Of a stretch of DNA of 52,173 nt, positions 46,001 through 52,173 are shown piece by piece. Made by a program: the position numbers and the translations under genes. Position 1 is the stretch's first letter, and every line of letters begins with the position of its first letter. The notes beneath the pieces were generated by a model. That model was not told the origin of the DNA. It made no database searches and saw nothing but the letters and a program-made list of their open reading frames with translations. Source of the DNA: an uncultured Clostridia bacterium (GTDB taxonomy: Bacteria > Bacillota > Clostridia > Christensenellales > UBA1242); the NCBI GenBank assembly GCA_944372435.1, contig CALVZD010000002.1, forward strand, positions 1 to 52,173, in the 5' to 3' direction.

Positions 46001-46255
46001 CTCACTGAGATGAAAAAGGCGGTCGACGCAGGATACTGGATGCTGTATCGCTATCACCCGACGCTTGGCTTCACCCTCGACAGAGGCGAGGTCAACAACA
46101 AATTTTTGCCTTTCCTTTTGGGCGAAAGAAGATTTGCGCTGCTAAACGAAAAAGACGGAGCAAAAGCCAAGAGGCTTTTCAAAAAGGCAAAGAACCGAGC
46201 AAAAGACAACTTCATCTCGCTCAAACGCCTTGAACGCACAAATCCTAAAAAATAA
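43085..46255 (+). CDS. nifJ: Pyruvate:ferredoxin (flavodoxin) oxidoreductase, single-chain
   Basis: DGNTAAARVAYSVSQLMPIYPITPSSPMAE N-terminus. Two 4Fe-4S motifs, CIQCGQCVLACP and CTGCGLCQEICP. TPP motif GGDGWAYDIGFAGLDH..DNENYANTGGQ. Confidence 0.93.
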   Translation: MAKIVVDGNTAAARVAYSVSQLMPIYPITPSSPMAEYCSRAEAEGKLNIFGTLPHTLEMQSEAGAAGALHGALMGGALATSFTSSQGLLLMIPNLYKMAGECLPAVIHVAARAVASHALSIFGDHSDVMSVRMCGFNMLCSSNVQEAQDMAMCAHMLAHRASLPVLHFFDGFRTSHEYQKIDMLSKEDIASLFPLKSLPEAKLNSSSPLMFGTAQNPDVFFQNRLAREKKYTEFLTICDKVFADFEKLTHRKYHKFDYFGSKNAKNIVVLMGSASETMIENAPKDGGVVKVRLFRPFDTQAFLKALPKSTEKVIVLDRTVESGSREPLFLDVKNALSGLNISVAGGVYGLGGKEFSPVEEHAVWKNFESMKDDFSVGVNDDIQKSSLPLENFVPSLSEKEIKIFGLGSDGSVSASKTITKLLGRKDDTFVQGYFEYDSKKAGSLTISHLRVSKKPILSAYLCHQPDIVMINNFSFVHRYHCLEGLKDGGVVIFNTIFEPDELTKVLPNEYKKILLEKKAKVFVIDGHKIANENGLKEKINMIMTSALFSCTGLVKNFEPLLIEDIAKTFAEKGKEVVEKNISAVKAAENMIKRVNLKQIFVSTEQIKPRFAEDFNKRPISQFSCDGSIQTDTSKFEKRAIAASISEWQKDKCIQCGQCVLACPHGALKAVLVKRKPKDVPFVKAYGVDGYYRIQISPEDCTGCGLCQEICPALGKAIIMRDASKILEQEKKNYQLVKDLKTIKKTPFSKNLVKGLQFEKNYFEFPGACAGCGQTPYIKLATMLFGDRMVIANATGCSSIYSGSYPSCPYSKNEKGQGPAWANSLFEDNAEFGYGIKMAKALHNSNESVWIIGGDGWAYDIGFAGLDHVLSSGANVNILVLDNENYANTGGQASKATPAGACVQLANSGKETNKKNLGLMAMTYKNVYVAQVALGANMNQCIKAFREAESFNGPSLIIAYSTCVNQGFDMSKSLTEMKKAVDAGYWMLYRYHPTLGFTLDRGEVNNKFLPFLLGERRFALLNEKDGAKAKRLFKKAKNRAKDNFISLKRLERTNPKK

Positions 46256-46282
46256 AAAAGCGACAAAATTGTCGCTTTTTTT
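46255..46282. terminator. Bidirectional terminator between nifJ and the giant gene
   Basis: AAAAAAGCGAC-aaaatt-GTCGCTTTTTTT. Confidence 0.8.
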
Positions 46283-46284
46283 GA

Positions 46285-49200
46285 TCACAATGCGTTCACT
46301 CGGGTTTTTATGCCAGTCTTCGTGCCAAAGTCAAGGATGTGGAATATCCCAAGCGGAATCGGTCTGCCCTCTTTGAAGTTTGAAATATAGGCAAAGTTGC
46401 CGTCAAAATTTTCACCTTCAATGATCTTAGAACTGCCGTTAAATACCCCATAGCACAAATTAAAAGTCAATTTGCTTCCTGCTCTAGCTCCGCCTAACAG
46501 TCTGGCTGCAACGTTTTCACCATTGACGAATGCTGCACAGTTTTCGATAACAACCGGCTGATATGTACCTTTAGAATAATCAACGCCCAAAATTGCTCCA
46601 ACTTCATCTGACGTTATTAACGACATCGTCACATCAACATAACAATTTGTTATTTCAAACGCGTCGGGACCTGTGGCGCTGTTATGATTTATCAGTCCCA
46701 CGATTCCTCCTCCGGCACAGTGTTCTTTTGTTTGAGTTAATTTGAATTCAGCATAGCAATATTTTATTGCCCCCTGTCCAATAAGTTGACCCACAATTCC
46801 GCCAAAATTGTTTAGCGCAGTCACATCACCATAGTTGATACAAAGCTTCAGATTTGTCATGCATGTCTGCCCGGCGATTCCGCCAATTGAACCGCCTGTT
46901 CCAATTATAGCACCATTGTTAATGCATGAATATATTTCTAAAGTGGCTATATTGGATTCAGTGTCTATATTGGATTCACTGATCCCAATTATTCCGCCGA
47001 CATAATTATATCCTGAAATTTTGCCATTGTTTTGAGACAAGGAGATTTTGGCGGTAGATTTGATTCTTCCAACAATTCCGCCAACAGATCCATTGCCAGA
47101 TGAATCGCTGGACGAAACATCGCCGTTGTTGGTGCAGTAGTAAATTTCTGCACTCATGTTATGGCCAACTATGCCACCTGCGGTGTTTTTTCCAATAACC
47201 TTTCCGTAGTTTGCAGAATATTCAATTTTTGCGCCTGTTGAAGCGGTGTTGGCATAACCAACAATTCCGCCAATTGGGATATAGTCTGAACCAGCGCTGG
47301 CAGCGTTGGTGACCGTGCCATTGTTCACACAGCCAGAAATTAGACAGTCTGTAATCTCTCCAACTATGCCGCCAATTGAGCCTGCAGAGCCATAGATCTC
47401 GCCGCTGAATTTGCAATTGATTATTTGAGAATTGAAAAAGGCGTAGCCCAAAATCCCTCCGACACAACTTGTGCCTTTGATCACAGAATTTGTTACCATC
47501 AGGTTTTGAATCGAACTTGGATACGATTCATCCGGCGAATAGGTGGTGCCAAAAACAGATTGCATCGATCCATTTTCCTCCAAAGTGAAAACGCCTTTAA
47601 TTGTGTGGCCATTTCCGTCAAAAATGCCGCCAAAACAATTGTTTGCGCTGTCATTCATAATGCCAATCGGTTGCCACATATGCGCAGCAAGATTGATGTC
47701 ACTGGCAAGTTTGAAGTGCTTGTTGTAAAAGAAAGAGGTAAAATTGGCATCAATTTCCAATGCCGTTTTGCTTGTCACTCTTTCATCACCAGTGTAAACC
47801 AGCCATGAAAGGCCTGCAAGGTCAGCGGCTGAGTCGATTGTGTAAGGGTTGGAGGCCGAGCCGCCATTTGTTCCAGCATTTGTGAACCAGTCGATTGAGT
47901 AGTTGCCATCATCAGTCCACCAAGACACCTCACCTTCGGCACGTAAGACAGGATATTCGCTCACAGATGGGTCAAACTTCCAAACCGTGCGGAAATCCCA
48001 AGTGCGAGACAGATCAGTTGCGTTCCAATTTGCAAAATTTGTGAAAAATTCTATCGTTTTTGCACCGCTCTCGGCAGCACTTTTGTATTGAAAACCTGAA
48101 ACAAAAGGTTGACTTCCTCCGTTATGACATACAGTTTCCGAACCATAGTCGCCTGTATTTGCTATAGTGCCAACGTTGAAGCAGTTGATGATATCAACAA
48201 CAATGTCATCGTTCTGAGAATATGATTCGCCAATTATACCAGCAATTCTCGTGCCGCCAGAAATTGTGCCACGGTTGTAGCAGTTGACAACCAAAATATC
48301 TCCTGAAATCGTTGCTGAATTGGTGGCTACACGGCCGGCAATTCCTCCCACATTATTGTTGCTTGTTCCCTCTGCTGAAACAATGCCAGCGTTATAGCAG
48401 TTTTGAATCAAAGCCGTTCCGCTTGCATCTTCTTGAAGCTGATATTCTCCCAAAATTCCGCCGATATAATTTTCAGCTGTGACTCGGCCTGTGTTGTAAC
48501 ATTTGTTTATTGAAATATCGCTATCCATAACTCTGCCAACAATCCCTGCGGCATACTGAGAGGCATTAACAGAAGCGGTGTTGAAACAGTTTGTGATATC
48601 TACGTCCTTTGCATATCCCACAACTCCACCGACTGCGCTATAGCCTTGAATATGCGAATTGATGACCCCAACGTTTTGTATGGTTATTCGGCTGCTTGAA
48701 CTTGAAGAGCGAACATATCCAAACAGACCTTGATAGGAATATCCATTGCCAGATCCTGCCGGAGTGGAAATGCTAGAAACTGTGTGACCGCCGCCGTCAT
48801 AGTTGCCCGCGAAAGCACGAATTGTCTGAGTGGCCAAGCGGTCATAAGAGATCCCGATCGGTTGCCAATAGTGACCTGTTAAGTCGATATCCACAGTTTG
48901 TTTGAAATATTTGTCAGCGAAAAAATTATCGCCAGAGTTTGTTCCTAAACCTGAGTAAACAAGATATGAAAGGCCTGCAAGATCTGCGGCGGAGTCGATT
49001 ATGTAAGGGTTGGAGGCCGACGAGCCATCATTTGTTCCAGGGTTTGTGAACCAGTCGATTGAGTAGTTGCCAAATTCGTTCCAATATGTTATAGGAACGT
49101 CACCAGGCAAGTCAACCAAAACTGGATAACCACTGTTTTTTTCTTGTGATATTGTCCATGTCGTTGTAAAATTCCAAGGATATGATGAATCCCAATTTGA

Positions 49201-52152
49201 CGAGTTCGTATACCACGCTTGATCTTTTGGAGTTTGAAGCGTGAGACTTGCGTTATATGTTCCACCTCCGCTTGTGGTTGTTTTCGAATAGTTTGCGCCG
49301 AAATAACACGAACTAACTGAAAGGTAGTTTCTTGAAGTAGATCCGCTTTGAGGCCCAACTATTGCATTTCCAGAAGCATCACCAAAGTTGTGGCAATTAT
49401 AGAGATAAACGTGTTTTTCAACCAGTAATCCTGTATTACTCCATATCACACCTCCAACAATTCCTGCGCCATCAACTTTGCCTAAATTAAAAGAATTATA
49501 CAAATATAAATTTGAAGTATACCTAGTTCCATTATTAGCAGCGCGACCAAGTATTCCTCCAACGTTGTTAGTTTCAGTTCCATGAATGTAGCCAGTGTTG
49601 TAGCAATTGGCAATTTTTTGATTGCTAGTGCCCATGTTGCCAACAATCCCACCGACATATGTTGTGCCAGAAACTTCACCTGTGTTGAAACAATCAGAAA
49701 CAGTGGAGCCAGAAAAACTGCCAACAATGCCTCCTAAATATGAAGAACCACTTACATCTCCAAAATTTGCACATTTGGAAACACTGCTGGAAGACGAATC
49801 GACAATGCCAGAACCGCCGGTTACATCTCCATAGTTATAACATGAAGTGATACTGCTGGACGACGAATTGACAATGCCGGCAGAAACCAAAGTGTCATGA
49901 TTGTCATTGACGCAATTGGTGATGCTGGCTGAAGAAGAGTTTGCAAAGTTGCAATAAGAATCTGTTATTTTTAAGTTAGAAACACTGCCCGTCAAATTTT
50001 CGAATAATGATCGGCGCGTCGCAATACCAGAGATGTAATGATCCCCTCCGTCATAATTTCCTGCAAAATCATCAAGAGTCTTAAAATTAACAACGCCATA
50101 CAGCACAATCTTGGAAATAAAAACAAGAGTATCGTCATGAATAATGCCACCGTTTTTAATAAAATCTACGTCAACAGTGCACAAATCTATATCTTTTGTT
50201 TGTTTGAAATATTTTCCGTCAAAATCATTGCTTGTGGAGCTGTTCACCAAAAAAGACAGCCCAATCAAATCTTGCGCATCGCTGATAATGTATGGATCGC
50301 TTTGCGAACCGCTGTTTTGATTTTGCCAAGAAGTGTCGCCGATTGATCCTGTGCCAGAACCACCATAAAGGTGCAAATCTAGATAGACTGTGTTATCACT
50401 TAAATCCCAAACATCTGAAAATTTTGCAGTGTTTTTAAACCATGTTGCTAGATTGCCCGATATGTCTGAATATGCTACGTAAGTTCCATAATTTTGAGTG
50501 CCAGAGTAAGACATGATATAGTATGTGTTGGTGACAGTTGTAGAATACGACCCGCCATTTTTTATGCCTATTGGTGCCCATCCTCCTTCAGCTGTCGATT
50601 CTATACTAGTCGGAAACGCCACACAGTTTGTAATGCTGGAAGCACCTCGTGTGTTATACATGCTGCCCACAATGCCGCCTACATATCTCCAGCCTTTTAC
50701 ACTTATAAGTAATTCTACATAACACTCACTTATGCTAGTGCCGTTTATTTCTCCAGCAATGCCACCAACAAATTGGCTTGAGCCTGAAACGCCCACACTG
50801 GCTTTGTTGTAACACCATGAAATTGAGCCGCCAGTAATTTGACCGCAAATTCCTCCAACATAATCACCTCCTTCGACATTTGCTTCATTTACACAAAGGC
50901 TAATTGCGCCGAATGATGCGTCGGTGCCAACGCCTGAGTCATAAAAGCGTCCTACAATTCCTCCTACTCTATCGCCACTAGAATCAACTGTTCCATAGTT
51001 TGTGCAATATGATATTATCGACGGTGAGTTAATGCCTCCACTATCTCCAACAATTCCTCCGGCAGCAGAAGAGTTGGAGTCTCCTATAATAGCTCCAGAA
51101 TTTGTGCAGTAAGTAATAATAGTATATCCAACAACATCAGCCGCCGCTCCACCAAAGCTGAGTATTCCTCCTCCACATGAACTGAAGTATATATCACCAT
51201 AGTTATGGCAATCTGATATTGCAATACCACTGCAAGAAGCTACGATTCCCGCAGCGTTTTGAGGATAGTTTGTACTTATGCCAATATTTCCAGTGTTAAT
51301 GCAGCCTATCACAGATGGAATAGATGATACCTGATCAAGTGAATCAAGGTCGCTTACGCCGTCCCCCAAAATTCCTGCAGATTTCTGACCAGCATTGATA
51401 AAACCGCTGTTCGCGCAATAAAGTATGTAAAATAAACCGGTGGCTCTATAAACGATTCCAGCAGCATTAGCAATACCCGAACTGTCTTCAAAAGAAGCTG
51501 CGTTGTGACAATTTTTTATATAAACTGCCTGCGCTCTTGAATCTCCGCCCGTTATAGTGTTCACAATGCCGCCAGACGAATAATCATATAGTGTTATTTT
51601 AGAATCTTTTATTCTTACATTTTCAATAACACAACTTTGACCGTTAGCAACAACACTATAAAACAAACCGCCACTTGAAAACATGCCATAGATTGTAAAA
51701 TCGTCGCCGTCAAAATTGCCTGAAAAACCTTTTGTGCTTTCGCCTATCGGGCTCCAGCTATAAGCAGAAAGATCTATATCGGCAGTCAACTTGAAATATT
51801 TGCCGGTGTATGAATTGCCAGAATCCACCATGTGGGCAAAATAACCCATCTGCTGTGCATTTGCAATTTTGTAAGGATTGCTTGAAGTTCCGCTGCCGCC
51901 AGCATAACCTTCTGCTCGTATGCCTTCATCAGACCAATGTTTCTTTGGGTCTATTGTCGGCCCATCTGGCACAATCCTTTCGGCACTGAGAGGCTGAACA
52001 GAAGATATCCCCCACGGAGAACGAGACATCGGGTCCCAGATGACCACAACGCCAAGCAAGAGAGCAAAGCACAAAAAATAGCACAGCAGGCTTGCGATCA
52101 GCTGCGCTTTGGTAAGGCCTGTTTGTCTGAAAAATCGCTTGATTTTTGACAT
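46285..52152 (-). CDS. Giant (1955 aa) membrane-anchored GLUG-repeat beta-helical surface protein
   Basis: AGGAGAG RBS. N-terminal anchor LIASLLCYFLCFALLLGVVVIW. Dozens of x-VGGIVG / AGGIVG units spaced by NCYN/NCxN turns. Four head modules of the type SNPY.I..A.DLAGLS.LV...KYFKQT.DIDL....W.PIG..F.GN.DG.GHTI. Confidence 0.85.
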   Translation of the reverse strand: MSKIKRFFRQTGLTKAQLIASLLCYFLCFALLLGVVVIWDPMSRSPWGISSVQPLSAERIVPDGPTIDPKKHWSDEGIRAEGYAGGSGTSSNPYKIANAQQMGYFAHMVDSGNSYTGKYFKLTADIDLSAYSWSPIGESTKGFSGNFDGDDFTIYGMFSSGGLFYSVVANGQSCVIENVRIKDSKITLYDYSSGGIVNTITGGDSRAQAVYIKNCHNAASFEDSSGIANAAGIVYRATGLFYILYCANSGFINAGQKSAGILGDGVSDLDSLDQVSSIPSVIGCINTGNIGISTNYPQNAAGIVASCSGIAISDCHNYGDIYFSSCGGGILSFGGAAADVVGYTIITYCTNSGAIIGDSNSSAAGGIVGDSGGINSPSIISYCTNYGTVDSSGDRVGGIVGRFYDSGVGTDASFGAISLCVNEANVEGGDYVGGICGQITGGSISWCYNKASVGVSGSSQFVGGIAGEINGTSISECYVELLISVKGWRYVGGIVGSMYNTRGASSITNCVAFPTSIESTAEGGWAPIGIKNGGSYSTTVTNTYYIMSYSGTQNYGTYVAYSDISGNLATWFKNTAKFSDVWDLSDNTVYLDLHLYGGSGTGSIGDTSWQNQNSGSQSDPYIISDAQDLIGLSFLVNSSTSNDFDGKYFKQTKDIDLCTVDVDFIKNGGIIHDDTLVFISKIVLYGVVNFKTLDDFAGNYDGGDHYISGIATRRSLFENLTGSVSNLKITDSYCNFANSSSASITNCVNDNHDTLVSAGIVNSSSSSITSCYNYGDVTGGSGIVDSSSSSVSKCANFGDVSGSSYLGGIVGSFSGSTVSDCFNTGEVSGTTYVGGIVGNMGTSNQKIANCYNTGYIHGTETNNVGGILGRAANNGTRYTSNLYLYNSFNLGKVDGAGIVGGVIWSNTGLLVEKHVYLYNCHNFGDASGNAIVGPQSGSTSRNYLSVSSCYFGANYSKTTTSGGGTYNASLTLQTPKDQAWYTNSSNWDSSYPWNFTTTWTISQEKNSGYPVLVDLPGDVPITYWNEFGNYSIDWFTNPGTNDGSSASNPYIIDSAADLAGLSYLVYSGLGTNSGDNFFADKYFKQTVDIDLTGHYWQPIGISYDRLATQTIRAFAGNYDGGGHTVSSISTPAGSGNGYSYQGLFGYVRSSSSSSRITIQNVGVINSHIQGYSAVGGVVGYAKDVDITNCFNTASVNASQYAAGIVGRVMDSDISINKCYNTGRVTAENYIGGILGEYQLQEDASGTALIQNCYNAGIVSAEGTSNNNVGGIAGRVATNSATISGDILVVNCYNRGTISGGTRIAGIIGESYSQNDDIVVDIINCFNVGTIANTGDYGSETVCHNGGSQPFVSGFQYKSAAESGAKTIEFFTNFANWNATDLSRTWDFRTVWKFDPSVSEYPVLRAEGEVSWWTDDGNYSIDWFTNAGTNGGSASNPYTIDSAADLAGLSWLVYTGDERVTSKTALEIDANFTSFFYNKHFKLASDINLAAHMWQPIGIMNDSANNCFGGIFDGNGHTIKGVFTLEENGSMQSVFGTTYSPDESYPSSIQNLMVTNSVIKGTSCVGGILGYAFFNSQIINCKFSGEIYGSAGSIGGIVGEITDCLISGCVNNGTVTNAASAGSDYIPIGGIVGYANTASTGAKIEYSANYGKVIGKNTAGGIVGHNMSAEIYYCTNNGDVSSSDSSGNGSVGGIVGRIKSTAKISLSQNNGKISGYNYVGGIIGISESNIDTESNIATLEIYSCINNGAIIGTGGSIGGIAGQTCMTNLKLCINYGDVTALNNFGGIVGQLIGQGAIKYCYAEFKLTQTKEHCAGGGIVGLINHNSATGPDAFEITNCYVDVTMSLITSDEVGAILGVDYSKGTYQPVVIENCAAFVNGENVAARLLGGARAGSKLTFNLCYGVFNGSSKIIEGENFDGNFAYISNFKEGRPIPLGIFHILDFGTKTGIKTRVNAL
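47805..47908. repeat. Intragenic DNA repeat, copy 1 (within the giant gene)
   Basis: About 90 percent identical to 48966-49072 over about 105 nt, with one 3-nt indel. Encodes the NYSIDWFTN.GTN.GS.ASNPY.IDSAADLAGLS head-module segment. Confidence 0.8.
48966..49072. repeat. Intragenic DNA repeat, copy 2
   Basis: See 47805-47908. The copies are direct and about 1.16 kb apart. Confidence 0.8.
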
Positions 52153-52173
52153 TTGCTCTCCTATCCTCGCACT

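Noticed and set aside
1-52173. Alternative genetic code (UGA as Trp or Gly), given the Mollicutes/CPR-like features.
   Set aside because: Long conserved genes end at TGA as well as at TAA and TAG (for example the LMW-PTP gene). prfB is present and uses the UGA-dependent frameshift. No conserved gene needs TGA read-through.

Overview
This 52.2-kb chromosomal window appears to come from a low-GC, Gram-positive-type anaerobe. Supporting signs are GGAGG ribosome-binding sites, TTGACA/TATAAT promoters and hairpin plus T-run terminators. Standard code 11 applies, because TGA acts as a stop and as the prfB frameshift codon.

The backbone is mostly minus-strand housekeeping genes:
- dapF
- clpX-clpP-tig
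- gap, rpiB, a LMW-PTP gene, rsfS, yhbY and obg
- nth, lysS and an SLT transglycosylase
- a DUF3343 / cysteine desulfurase pair
- rpoD-dnaG and trxB
- rpsI-rplM
- a U32 peptidase, tsaD and prfB (classic +1 frameshift)
- a DUF4097 protein, a compact alaS and truA
- a 1056-aa pyruvate:ferredoxin oxidoreductase

Visibly AT-richer accessory segments interrupt this backbone:
1. An islet next to tRNA-Leu(AAG) (about 3980-7320). It contains nested repeats that include two displaced copies of the tRNA 3' end, and it carries an HExxH protein, a BspA-type LRR protein and a SHOCT membrane protein. No integrase is present.
2. Three tandem WG-repeat paralogues (8014-10434), next to a DNA-alkylation-repair gene broken in an A7 tract.
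3. An ABC-exporter cassette (29638-31974) with a 21-codon leader ORF and an SD-sequestering terminator hairpin. About 130-bp direct repeats bracket it, and these duplicate the trxB promoter and an unusual nested-palindrome leader.
4. A signal-less S8 peptidase islet upstream of tRNA-Arg(CCT).
5. A 1955-aa membrane-anchored GLUG-repeat giant protein.

No CRISPR array, transposase, integrase or recognisable defence system was found. The strongest candidates for undescribed biology are the nested-palindrome element family and the duplicated trxB leader around the ABC cassette. The tRNA-fragment repeat architecture, the WG-repeat trio and the giant protein follow. All family assignments come from motif reading, not from database searches.
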